A DNA stretch of 63,044 nt, filler included, from Guillardia theta CCMP2712 (taxonomy: Eukaryota > Protista > Cryptophyta): the NCBI RefSeq assembly GCF_000315625.1. It is 3 parts of 3 records of this genome, joined end to end, with 100 filler letters (N's around TTAATTAATTAA, not from the genome) between each part and the next. Parts side by side here need not be neighbours in the genome. Positions count along the whole stretch, not along the records: positions 30,719 to 59,669 come from NW_005434441.1; positions 59,770 to 63,044 come from NW_005434150.1; 1 more part is not named here. The stretch is one strand, 5' to 3'. The notes below the pieces were generated by a model. The model saw only the letters and a program-made list of their open reading frames with translations. It searched no databases and had not been told where the DNA came from. Position 1 is the stretch's first letter. The number at the start of each line of letters is the position of its first letter. Positions 40,503 through 62,514 of the stretch are shown piece after piece. A program made the position numbers and the translations under genes.

Positions 40503-42129
40503 TTGACCTTTGGGTAGCTTTGTTCCGTTCAGCACTCAAGATTTCATCCCTGAAAACGGCTCGGTGAGTCCCAGGTAAAGGAGACAATTGAGTCCTCACA
40601 TGGACGCCATTGTACTTCGACTGCAGTGCGACGACGCTTGCGTGGAGTATGAGGCCCCCGCATCGTCATGCACTTTCGGGAGGCCGGAGGTCGGAGATTC
40701 CGTATCGATCTGAAGATCGATGTCGAGTTCTGTTATCATGAGCACATGTCACAACAGACAAGAGCTGTGTCGAGGATACAAACACCATTGAGGTCCATCG
40801 GCCTCGACTGGATCGGTCTTGTTCTCGACATTGAGGGAATCGTTTCCCCCTTGCTCCAGAAGCCGCCAGACAGCGAGGTTTCTTTCTGGAACAACTCTTG
40901 CATGTACTCCGCCTATATCGGCCCAAGTCATGGTTCGAATTCCATCATCTCCATCATCAGCATCTCCATCATCAGCATCTCCATCATCAGCATCTCCACC
41001 ATCATCATCGTCATCACTCCCATCACCACTATCATCATCCCGTCGCCATCATCATCAGTTGAACCTCGATCAGTTTCTCAAAATCTTCTTGATTTCCTGA
41101 CGAAGACATCGAAAATTCCGCAGAGGAGTTCCTTGAAGGATTTCCGGGGCTACTGACAGAGTTCTCCTCGTTGGCGAGCTCTGAATCAACTTGTGCAACT
41201 TCCTGCGTTCGCCGACAGATATAAATCGATTCTGACAAGCCTGGATCCCGGAAGATCGAGTGATCACCCGAACGCAATCAAGGAATGCAGCAATACCAAG
41301 AAACTTCTCTTCCACATCATGATCGGTCTTCTGTACAGTCACCGATCTCGCCCCTTGTTCCTCGATATACTCATATGGGAAGTCCTGTACGCCGTTAGAT
41401 CGCAGAGTTGTCCACTCTGCCTCCCGGAGTTACCCCGTTCACGAAGAGAGACGTCGGCGTCCGGTGTATCGTTACAAACACAGGAGTCCCGGGCAGCCCC
41501 TGATACACATCTCACCCTCTCCCCTCCACATCCTTTGCTTGTACCCGAATCATCTCCACCACCTCGCTTGTCTTCTTGCCATGTGTGCTCTGCCCGTCGA
41601 TGGCAGTCACAATGTCACCTGCCTGCTGTCAGCGACCACCCTGGGACGGAATGCGCCAGCTCCTCTGCTCACCCGGCGACAGCTTCTTGGACAGCGAAGC
41701 TGCTGACCCGGGAGCGATATGAACGAGCCGATGAAACCCCGATGGGTCGTCCTACAGCCAGCAAGAAAGATCATCCTCTGAGCATGTGCACGAGCAAGCT
41801 CAAGTCGTGAAGCAGACCTGTAGACCGATCCCCAGCCCTCCGCATCGATGTAGCTGTTTGGCGTCGTCCATGCTCACCATCTCTTGACGCTGAACAAGTT
41901 GGTTGAGACAAGAGCGGAGCAGGTGGGAAAAAAAGAACGAGCGTACCTCCAGACGAACCAAGATCTCTCTCGAAGTCTTATCTCCCTGCTGAGATGCTAG
42001 TGTGGGCGATGTCTTGGTTGGCATATCCAAGCTGAGACTTGCGCGTAAAATGTCGAATGGTTCTGATTCAGCCAGAAACATGGCGCTTATGCTATGAGGA
42101 GGTATGACGCGGTGTAGAGAGATGTTCAT
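38919..42129 (-). CDS. PDZ-domain protein (multi-exon; both ends uncertain)
   Basis: Four small exons at ~41470-41850 splice to CGGLGIGLQ-DDPSGFHRLVHIAPGSAASLSKKLSPG-DIVTAIDGQSTHGKKTSEVVEMIR-GLPGTPVFVTIHR, a typical PDZ domain; downstream exons are Ser/Pro/Arg-rich. Confidence 0.7.
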
Positions 42130-42634
42130 AGGAGGTGGCAGACATGGCTAATGTCACTCCAAGACCTAACAGAAACAGTTCTCAGCCTAAAACCTTTGAC
42201 GTCGGTGCATCAGCTTCGATTCTTACTGCTCCACCTGCTCTTATTCCTTGCTTCCTTGCGGTTCTGCTGGTCTAACTACCGTTGCCTACTTGACCGTTGA
42301 GAACGCGATCACTGCACGCTCAAGCTCCATTCTCAACACAACTCAATGAGTTTCACACCATCGGCTCAGGTTTCACTGTAGGGTCTACTCATATTCCATG
42401 CTCTTCAGGTCAATAAAGAACGCGTTTCTTGTTCCAATGACCATCTTTTATACAAATCCTTTCCAGGCTCATGTTTCCTTCATAGAAACCTTGATGTCTA
42501 CGTACATGCTCTCATCGCTCTCCCTGCTCTCATTCTCACTTCCTCTCTCATTCGATCCCTCCATCGCATCGCTTCGCTTGCCGTCTTTGTTTCGTCGGCC
42601 ATTTTCCTTCAGCCAACTTCCCCTTGTCCGCAGG

Positions 42635-43080
42635 ATGGGGGTGGGTGTTGAGGTCAGCTAGGTACAGGGGTGGTCAAGTTCAAAATACAGGGTGGGGTGG
42701 ACTGGAGGTAGGGGTACATTGGAGGGTGATTTAGGGGGTACTCAGAGATGCAGGTCAAACGGACAGGTCATTCTTTCAGTTAGAGGGGTGGGTAATCTGA
42801 GGAGGAGCGGCGGAAATGGAGGGGTAGTGGTCGGGGAGTGACTGATTGGAGCGTGGGGTCACTACAACCCTGCCGTGAGGGGTAGCCCCTCCGAAATCCT
42901 CTGATAATGAGGGGTGGTCAGAAGCTTGGTAAAGAGGGGTAGTCGAACGTTTGACTTTGGGGCATTCGGAGTACACAGGGGTCCGACAGTAGGGGTAGTA
43001 TGTTCGACTGAGGCGGTGGGAAAAGGACCGGTGGGAAGGTGGCCTGGGGAGGGGTAGTAGCGTTGTCCGTAGCGGCGTAA
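42635..43080. other. GGGGT-rich intergenic block E
   Basis: Dense GGGGT(A/G) motifs on the + strand, followed by an AT-rich spacer at 43090-43250. Confidence 0.7.
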
Positions 43081-43259
43081 CTAGAATACCGGTGCATATT
43101 TAAGGCAGATCTAAGTTAAATTAGGTTAAAATGAACTAAGATAAGAAGCTTTTTAGGTAAAATAGAGAAGATCTCACCTATTTTAAAACGACTATTCTTG
43201 TGCTAACTGACTTCCGGAACTCATTACTTCTTGGTTCCCTAATGAGCGGACAAGTTCAC

Positions 43260-43490
43260 TGAACTGAGTTGCAGCCCGGAGCCGGGCGCCCCGGGCCTCG
43301 TCGGCCTCCGAGTCCGATACCGGGTCACTTTGCCCCCGGCGGGATCGGATGAACCATGGCTGCGGCAGACCCCGGCGAGGAGGGCCCGGGGGGGCCGGGT
43401 GCTCCGACGGGCCCGCCGCCGGGAAGGCCGCTCACTGCGGCCTGGTACCGTACGGTCCCGGCGGCCCCCCTCAGGCTCAGGCTCGATGGG
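43260..43490. other. CCGG/GCCG-rich intergenic block
   Basis: Dense CCGG/CCCGGG/GGCCC words with flanking ACTGAGT/GTCAC words. Confidence 0.55.
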
Positions 43491-43614
43491 TGATGGACGG
43501 TAGAACTCAAAGATACTATGATATCATCACTGTTGTCTCCTTGACTTCGAAACTTGTCACTATCACTGAGGGAGGAGGAGCAGGGGGGAGCAGGAGGCAG
43601 GAGCCTGGCGAGCT

Positions 43615-44057
43615 CTACTTGCTCCTCTTGTAGATCTTTGCGAGGAGAGACTCGAAGACAGACTTGGGGATGCCCTCCACCTGCAACGCAGAATGAGGGG
43701 GGTGAAACGGAGGAGGTCATGGAGTAGGAGAGAAGAGGGGAGAGGAGGGAAGAGAAAGAGAGGAAGGGAGGGGAGAGGGGAGGAAGCGATGGGGAGGAGG
43801 AAGGGGAGGAGGAGAACAGATGAAGGCTGATCAGGCGCAGAGAAGTGTTGGAGATAAAGTCGAGGATGCAGAAAAGAGGAGGAGAAGCGAGGGAGAAGCG
43901 ATGAGCAGAGCACAACAAGGAGAGCAGGGAGGGAGACTGGGAGAGGGAGNNNNNNNNNNNNNNNNNNNNNNNNNNNNNNNNNNNNNNNNNNNNNNNNNNN
44001 NNNNNNNNNNNNNNNNNNNNNNNNNNNNNNNNNNNNNNNNNNNNNNNNNGTCCTCTC

Positions 44058-44093
<36 letters not shown>

Positions 44094-44724
44094 CTCGTCC
44101 TCCTCACCTGCTCTTCGTTGCACTTCATCAAAGCCTGCACGCACAACCAGCCGCACTTCTTGTCCTGGATGTCTGTGCCGATCTGACATGAAGACCAGAA
44201 GTCAGTACCTGCCTGCGCAAGAAGAAAGGGAAAGGAGGAAGTCGGGTGTGTTTGGAAGAGCAGGTGAAGAAGGGGAGGACAAGAGATGACGACGAGGAGG
44301 ACAATAGGAGAAAGGAGGGAAGGAGGAAAGGGTTGATAGATCCAAGGGAGAAACGACGAGAGGGAGAAGGGAGGGAAACGAGGAGAGGGAAGGGGAGGAG
44401 GAAGAAGAAGAGGAAAAGAGGAAGAGCAAGAGAAAGAGTGGGGGAAGGAGGAGGAAGAGGGAGTAAGTCAGAGCGGACCTTTCCGATGGTCTCCGGATCG
44501 CCATAACAGTCCAAGAAGTCATCCTGGATCTGCAGCATTGGCGAGTCAAGGGAGGGAACGAGAAAAGGGTTGATAGGCGGGAAAAACGAGGAGAGGGAGG
44601 AAGGGAGGGAGGGAGGGGGGGAGGGGTACCTGGAAGTACTCGCCCATAGCGATGGTGATCTCCTTGGTCAGCTCCAGGTCCTTCTCTCCCGTCAACCCTG
44701 CGTGCAGGTTGAGAAGAGAAGATG

Positions 44725-44765
<41 letters not shown>

Positions 44766-46752
44766 CAGGAAGGGAGAGAAAATTGAAGTGCAATGAGGGA
44801 TAGGGAGGATGGAAAGGGGCGAGGGGGGGGGGGCAGTACCGGCCAGGTAAAGCCCAGCAGCAACGGGCAGGTAGAAGGAGTAGAAGGCGGTCTTGTACTT
44901 GACGATGAGCTTGTACCTCTACAAGCTCGTCACCTCCCGTTGTTTGCGGCCTCTTGCAGACCTCAAGGGTGAAACGGGAGAAGTCCAACTTGCCTTCTGC
45001 AGGGGGTGGAGGTGAGGAGGAGAGGGTTCAGGAGCAGCTGCGGGCACCAGGAGACTCCGTCGTCATGTCGAGCAGCTGGCCAAGCTCCGTCTGGAAGGAA
45101 ACCTGGGCAGAAGTGAGGAGGAGGACAAGGACGAGGGCGAGGGCGAGGACGAGGACGAGGACGAGGGCGAGGACGAGGACGAGGACGACGAGGACGACGA
45201 GGACGAGGACGAGGAGGAGACGAGAGTGTGAAAGTAGAGCAAACAAGCAGAAAGCCAACGGGAATGGCAAGAACGAAAGAAGGGATTTGTGGGAGGGGGA
45301 GGGAGAGGAGGACGAGGACGAGGAGGACGAGGACGAGGACGAGGACGACGAGGAGCAGACGAGAGTGTGAAAGGAGAGCAAACAAGCAGAAAGCCAACGG
45401 GAATGGCAAGGACGAAGGAAGGGATTTGTGGGAGGGGGAGGGGGAGGAAGAAGAGAAGGGGGTATGGGAAGGAGCAGGAATGGGATGGCTGGTTCACCTC
45501 GTGGAAAAGTTCGACGCAGTTGTGGTACAGCTCAACGTTGTAGGGTTTGACGTGCTTCTTGAGGAGGAGGAAGATGCAGGACTCCAGGATCTTCGTCCCA
45601 GTCACATCACATCACATCACATCACATCACATCACATCACATCACATCACATCACATCACATCACATCACATCACATCACATCACATCACATCACATCAA
45701 AGACGAATCCTACCAGGCCGTCGTTGATGGCCATCTTCTTAACCTCCGGGAGCTTGTACCTGAACATGCAGATCAGCCTTGCCAGACATGTTCATGTACT
45801 GAGGGTCGAGGAGCGATCACATCACAAACATCTTCTTGTCAGCTCAACGTGCATCTTGTGGAACATGTCGGGGACGCGAACGACAAGGTTGCACGAAGCG
45901 ACAAGGAAGCAGCACGTGGCGACTTGGAGGACTCAGACTGACCAGCATGGTTGACCTCTGCGCGTGTGCGACTCATCCATGATGTCATCGAGAACCTTCG
46001 GGTGGGTGAGTCATGCAACGAGTGGGGAGAGAAGGGAGAGGAGGGAGAGAGGGGAGCAGGGGGGGAAGAGAGAAGAGATAGACGAGGAGGAGGAGGAGGA
46101 GGAGGAGGAGAGAATTGATGGGGATTAGAGAAGAGGAAAGATTGGAGGAGATCGGAGAGGTGAGGAGGGGGGGGGGAGGGGGGAGGGAGAAGGGGGGGTC
46201 ATTGTCCCAACCAAGAAGCAAGCTTGAAGCCACTCGATACACCAGCCGATAACCTGAAAAGCAAAAGTTACAACAGAAGCACAGAAACAAGAAGTCTACA
46301 GTCATCTCATATACTACAAGCAGCCTACAACCATCTCATACGCTTCACCTTGGCAACAAACATGGCCTGCTCCGAAGGCTCTTCTCCTCTGCTCCTCGCC
46401 ACGTCCGCGTACGTCGCTCCCACCGTAATCCCTCGCGTCATCTTGCCGCCTGCGGTCCCATCATCCCCTCCAGCTCTCCTCCAGCTCTCCTTTCTCACCG
46501 TAGCAGGTGTAGTGACACATCTTCTTGATGTAGGCAAGGGACTCGTCCGGAAGCTCCTTGGGCAGCAAGCCAAGGATGTCTTGCACCAACCTGCCATGGG
46601 CCTCAGCCGGTTGGAGGACAGGGAGATGCCATGGCTGACCCATCAAACACGCCAGTGAACTCGTTGAAGGCAGATCCCTTCTTGCTCGGCTGCTCCCCGT
46701 TCACTTCGTTTTCAGCTTTTCGCTTTCCGGCCGCCTCAGGCATCTTGCGCAT
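43615..46752 (-). CDS. FPS: Farnesyl diphosphate synthase (type I trans-prenyltransferase; one or more exons lost in gap 43950-44049)
   Basis: [120 protein letters not shown]. Confidence 0.95.
45602..45697. repeat. (CACAT)n microsatellite, intronic
   Basis: Direct pentamer tandem repeat. Confidence 0.95.
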
Positions 46753-47379
46753 CCACGAGTCAGGCAAGCAGAAGAGGTGATAATTCTTTATGGTTCCTAC
46801 AGCCTGCTGCACCTTCCAGCATTCTACATCACTGCTCAAGTGGAACAATCGCCTCCCGTACTCTTTACATCCTCCTCGTGGAGCATGCTATCGTCGCGTC
46901 TCAAGCAATGCTCCCTTCGCCAGGTCTTAGTTCAGATTCTCCCCTGATCGACATGACTCATCCTGTTTGCTGATCGCAACGCCTCTTACTTTCCGCTGCT
47001 TGTCTGGCCTCCAATTGCTTTCATCTCTCCCTTCTCTTCTCCTCTTCTCCTCTTATCTCATCTCCTCACCTGCTGTCCCCTGCCCTCCCCTCTTCCTCTT
47101 TTCCTCTTCTCCTCCTCCGCTTCCCATCTCTCCTCTCTCCTCTTCTCCTCTTCTCCTCATCTATCCTCTCTTCGCCTTACCTCGCCTCTCTCCTCGTCTC
47201 GTCTCTCCTCTACTCCTCCTCCTCCTCCTCTCTCCTTTCCTCTCCTCGCCTCGCCTCGCCTCGCTCCTCTTCTTTCCCTCCGATCGCATGGGGGGCCACA
47301 TCATATGAAGAGGATCCTGTAACGATGTCTACATCTTCTGTAACGGTTAAGCTACGATACTCCGAAGGCTACGCCGTAT

Positions 47380-47900
47380 CCGACTCCCGGAACGGGCCCG
47401 GTGCCGCCGGGCCCGGCTTTTAGCCGCCACCGCCGTGGCATGAGGCTGACCCGGGACCAATCACGGTAAAGAAACTTGATACCCTCTGACTGAGTATCTT
47501 ACTGCCTAAGTTGTGTCACAGTGTGACACAAGCTGGCCCTTGAAACGACCCGCAAGAGCCGCGGCTCCTGCTCAAACGTTGAACCGCCGAGGGCCTTGAT
47601 AGTAAGGCTTCTTACCGTGCTGATCAGATAGTCAGTCACTGAGTGCTGGACTTGAACCGAGCCTCTTGGTCACGGGTGGCCATGCCGCATGATAACTTTC
47701 ATCAGGCTTAGAGCTGTGCAACTGGCATAGGGTGGCATCGCTTTGCCATACGGTAGTCAGGGCGTGGGTAGTAGGAGACCAACTCAACTGGCATGCCAGT
47801 GCCACGGTGCGTGCTCTAGCGGCCAACACCGACAAGGCTTGAAGGTCCGACACTGACGAGTCTACTACGTGACTGCGGTAAACCGAGCCGCAGCTCCAGG
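47380..47900. other. CCGG / AGTCA-rich intergenic block
   Basis: CCGG-dense start (47380-47460), then sequence rich in ACTGAGT, GTCAGTCAC, GGTAGT and GGCCATG words. Confidence 0.4.
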
Positions 47901-48769
47901 GTACAGGAGCTGCTTGGAGAGTGTTCGGACGACAAGAAAAATCAGTGCAATGTGCTGCGATGGTTGCTCAAGACACCATCAAGATCGCATCTAAGCTTTT
48001 CAAGCATGTGTCTCCAGGACAGAAATAAACGGCAGTTGGTAGTTGTTATGACATTCAAGTGCTCATGGGAAAACTTATTTTGAAGAGAATAGGGAGATGG
48101 AGCTCGGATCCAATGTCTTCTCCTGCGGTACACTTCGTGGCAGAGCAACAGTCTCTGAAGCTGACTTGCTTGCTGCATGCTCGCAAGGTTCTCGGCAAAC
48201 CTCCAGGTTGTCCATGGAAGGTGAAGATCATTTTCCTCATTCTGCAGAACGGATGCTGATGTTTTCTCCCCGCCTTTCTTCCTTCTTGCTGGTTGTGGAT
48301 GGAAGAGAGGCGGGAGGAAGATGAGGGTAAGGGTTGCGTGTATATATTGCAGTTGACAAGGGATCATAGCAAAGACAAGTCAGAGCGGGCTACCTGATAG
48401 TATGGACCAGTAATCTCAAACTTTATCCTTCCCCTTATATGATGCAACACATGCGCCGATATCTGTCCTTCTGATAATCCTCTGCAAACAATTATCATTT
48501 GCACTGTCACTAGCACTGGCAAAGGAAACCCCTGAGATAGGTGGCGATGACAACGCCAACACAAATTTTCTGTCGTCTCCTCCACTCCTCGGAAACTCAC
48601 ACCTCGATGCTCTTGATCCCACCTTCGCCCATGTCTCAGTCTTCCGGCTACGATGCTGGGCCTGGTCATGGTGCGGGAGCAGGGGCCAGTCTCATCGGAG
48701 TTGCTCGTAGCGCCGGGAACACCGACGGTGATCGGACGAGTCACGGGCACATGTATGGTAAAGCGAGGC

Positions 48770-49630
48770 CGATACAAGGGGTGGGTCATACCAGATACCG
48801 CAGCTGGACCGGTGGGGTAGCCTTTAATCAGGGTGGGGGTGAGGGTGGGGGTGGGATAAAGAGAGTAGTGAGCCATGACTCGTTGACTGGAGACTTTTCA
48901 CCCGCTAGTCACGTCCCCCCATATCTCTTCCGAGATTCATCACGTCCCTCTACCCCACCCCCTCGTCTAGCCACCTTATCAGTCATCGGAATGGTCCCAA
49001 GTGGTCCCTTTCATGTCCCATTCCCACCCCTACCCTCATCGTAACACCTACCCCTCCATTACATAGATGGAGTTCGAATTTTCAAAAAAACCACCCCTCA
49101 CTAATCGCATCTCTCAGTGACATGCTGGACGGTGGACCGGAGGGGACGTGATGGTGGGTAGGGGTATTCATTCTGAATTCCTCACCCCACACACCTAGGG
49201 TCCATGGAGTGTAAAGATAGGGTGGTCATTGGTCAACCGAGGATTATGGGGGGTAGTCAGGGAAGTGGGGGTGTGACCATAAGCTGGATTGTAATCATAG
49301 CAGGGGATGAGCGGGGTTCCTTGAAGGTGGGGTGGTCCTGTGAAAGGGTTGGGTAGGGTAGGGTGAAAGAATGGAGTGAAAGTGTGAATGAACCGGTGCT
49401 TCTGAGTTGAAAAAGTCAGTGATCGAACGGGTGGGTGTGACAGAAATTCAGACATAGAGGGGTGGGGTGCATTCGGAAATGAAGAGGGTTGAAGGGAGGG
49501 GTGATCAAGTAGTAAATTACTAGGGTGGTGTAGCATTCGAAGGGTGGGAGGGGGTACTAAGTATATAGAAAATAGGGGTAGGTGGGGTAGCCGAAGGTGT
49601 AGGTGAAATGCCTGGAAATGCTCAAACCCA
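48770..49630. other. GGGGT/ACCCC-rich intergenic block F
   Basis: Dense GGGGT/GGGT and ACCCC motifs in both orientations. Confidence 0.7.
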
Positions 49631-50042
49631 GGGCAGAGTGGGAGGGAAGGGAGGGAGCGAGAAAGAGGGAGGGAGGGAGGAGCGAGGAGCGAGGAGCGAG
49701 GGAAGATGAATGATCGTTGAAAGGGGAGAGAGATCATGAAGATATAGTGATGCAGAGTAAGTCGGAGAAGACAGGTCAAAGAAGGACAAGAAGAATCTGG
49801 CGAAGGAGATACAGCCGGAGAGTGGTCGAGGGGAAGGGACGGTTTCAAGCGGAGTCGTGCATTTGCATTACAGACTGAAATCATATGAAAATGAGGGGAT
49901 TACATAGAGGTTGAGGAGAGGACGACCGATCATCACGGCAGAGGCTTGGGATTGGAACTGACGTTTGCTGTTGATTTTCAGACTCTCATAGGGTTGTATC
50001 AGCGATCCTTGTGTATGTGGAGTTGATCGAAACCTTAACAAC

Positions 50043-59634
<9,592 letters not shown>

Positions 59635-59669
59635 GTGAGTATATGTCTTCCTCCTCCTCCTCCTCCCCC

Positions 59670-59769
59670 NNNNNNNNNNNNNNNNNNNNNNNNNNNNNNN
59701 NNNNNNNNNNNNNTTAATTAATTAANNNNNNNNNNNNNNNNNNNNNNNNNNNNNNNNNNNNNNNNNNNN
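59670..59769. other. Artificial contig-join spacer (N44-TTAATTAATTAA-N44)
   Basis: TTAATTAATTAA at 59714-59725 within the N run. Confidence 0.95.
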
Positions 59770-59899
59770 AACACCACCACCACCATTTCCTCCTATTACT
59801 CCTCCTCCTCCTCCTCCTCCTCCTCCTCCTCCTCGTTTCTTCTCCTCTCCTCTCGCTCTTGTCCTCCTCGTTTCTTCTCCTCTCCTCTCGCTCTTGTAC

Positions 59900-62514
59900 C
59901 TCCACGCACACACACACGTCTCGGTAGCCTGCGCTCTCCTTGACGTCGTAGTTTGGGTCGAACCTGACAAGCATAGATTTAGCAGGGAGGACAGAGGAGG
60001 AGGAACGAAGAGAAGGAGGAGGATGATGATGTTGAGGAGGAACGAGGATGATGATGATGTTGATGTTGTTGTTGATGATGATGATGAGGAGGAGGAGGAG
60101 GGGAGTTTGTCCGACCTATTCTTGATGCTCGTGATGTTCATCAGCTTTTCTGGCCCAGCTTTCTGCGTGTCACGAGTGAGAAACAAGTCAGCCTCTGCTG
60201 ACTTCACCTTCTCCTCCTCCTCCTCCTCCGGCAGCAGCTGAGTAGCGACTTCACTGTACACCTCGAGTCTCTCCAACCACTCGTTGAGGTCCGTGAGGGT
60301 CTTGACGATGATGGTGCAACGGACGAGGTCGGTGAGACAGGAGGCATCGCGGTCGTAGGACCTGACAGCCTTCTGGATCGCTCTCGAGCTAGTCTTGAGC
60401 GTCCCCGAGTAGTACTTTCCCACCTGGTTCCACTTCTTCATGAACAGCTGGAAGTGAGGGCTAACGAGCTGGGCCGCGTCATAGACTGACTGAATCTTGG
60501 TGGGGATCTGAAGGATCTTGCCTCGTGTCGAGAAGCGAGAGCGTCGTGACCCATTACAAGTCAATGTCATGCTCAACTTCCGTTGTTTCCTCGCCCTCGC
60601 AAACCCGGACTTGATCGCCCGGTTGATGGCCCGCGACTTGCTGGCGATGTCCAGCAGGACCTCCGAGTCTCGCTCGATGATCCTGTCCCAGGCCTGCTCG
60701 ATCCTAGTCGTGTGCTTCAGGATGCCGTTGTACGCGTGCACGAGAGAGACGCGGTAGCGAACGATGATGAGCACAACGAGAGCGAACAGAGTCCCTCCGT
60801 ACACTCGGAACATGATGACAGCCCAGAAAGGTGTGATGTGCCCCATGGTTGTGGTGTAGATGCAGTATCCTCCTTGCAGGATGTAGAGCACAACCCAGAT
60901 GTACTTCTGTGCGAAGTAGGCACAGTACAGAGCAGTGAAGACGCAGAATGAGGCTGACAGACTCCAGTTCCCGTTGCAGGAGGCGCCGATGCCGTCGCCG
61001 ACGAAGCGGCACTGGATGTAGTCGAGGCAACCTGAGAGAAAGTAGACGATGGCTCCAAACCAGACTACCCCGAAGATCACCATCTTGCCTCGCACCGCAC
61101 TCACTCTCGATGCTGTGAAGATCCCGATGAAGATCCCAACAGCCCACGAGTAGTTCACGAGAGGGTCACACACGCGCGTCCATCGGAAGGTCTTGGGCTC
61201 ATGAGGAACTTGCTTGTTTGGCTGAAAAAGCCACCTGTCCTCCGTGAAGAGTAAATGAAACTGATAGTACCCGTAAGTGCAGTAGAGGCCGCACAAGCCG
61301 AGCATAGCCGCCTGTGTCGGCAGCTTCAAGATCCCGGTCTCGATACAGTTGGTCGTCATCATGGCGAGGATCCCGTCGGCCTCCACGTCCTTGAACGTGA
61401 AGAATCGAGTCCGCAAGTCTTTCATCCTGTCGTCATTCTCCATCTGATCCCGGTTGGCTCTCAGTTTCTGTACACTCTCTTCTGCGGGAAAAGTGACGGG
61501 CAGAACGTCCGTGTCATAGACCCTGCACTTGCCAGCAATGAAGCATTCCTCCAGGAAGCCGCTTTTGAACACCTTGTCAAAAGGAGTCTTGAAAGGAGCT
61601 TCAAACATCGAGAAGACGTCTTTGAATCGTCCATCAAGCCCGATCTCATGGATGATCTTGTTTAGTTCTGCACCATACGTGTTGTGCTTCATGTACTCCG
61701 TTATTTTGTTCTCCAGGTAGTTCATGAAAGAACCTTTCAAAAGGCTATTCATGTTCTGCAACCATTCGAACTCTAAGTCACTGTTCAGATTCCCTTGAAC
61801 GCAGAGGGGTTGCTGGAAGTAACAGATCTGTGTAGGACATATTCTCAACTCTCTCAAATCGTCTGCAGCGTTGCTTTTGAATTCTGAAAAAAATTCCAAG
61901 ACGACTTGCTTGATCGACCAACGATGGAGGTTGTCGCATATTTCTGACATCTTACCACATCCAATGTTGGCGAGTTCGGTCGCCGCGAGGTTGCACGTCA
62001 GGGTGGATGGGAGGTTGCTCAACTTGTTCAAGTCCTCTGCAGATATCGTCTTGCTGCCGTCGGATAGAAGGACCGGAGCGACCACCTTGATCTGAGAGCT
62101 TCCCCGATCGTTGTTGTAGATCAGATAAAGAGCCGCGAGCATCTCTGCGAGCATCTTGTCTTCTCTGTCCTGTCCGAGCTCTGGCTGGATGGTGGCCAGC
62201 TCTTGGAGAGTGTTCTGGTCGTGAAGGCTCGTGAAGATAGGAACGAAGCTGAAGGAGCTCGCAAGGTCGGAGGCCCATCTTGACTTGTCGTTGTGCACAC
62301 AGGCAGCCTGCATGTGATGTTGGCACTGAGAGTAGTGAGGGATGCGTTTCCACGTCATCATCTCTCCTTGAAACAGTTTGATACAGTGAAACATGTCCTG
62401 GTCGAACATGAGCTTGTGCATCTCAGCATGTATTCTTTCCTGGAAGTTGCCATCCTCCCTGCAGGACCAGAAAGTTGTGAACGACTGATAGTTTTCCAAT
62501 TCCACGGTGGCCAC
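59900..62514 (-). CDS. TIR-like + multi-pass membrane + RelA/SpoT-like nucleotidyltransferase protein (both ends incomplete)
   Basis: One ~800-codon exon plus a small exon at 59900-59964. C-terminal motifs GTLKTSSRAIQKAVRSYDRDASCLTDLVRCTII...ITSIKNR-FDPNY..SAGYRDVCVCVE; several hydrophobic helices at ~60745-61300; N-terminal TFWSCR...RWASDLASSFSFVPIFT...DKMLAEMLAAL...IKVVAPVLL follows a TIR pattern. Confidence 0.7.
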
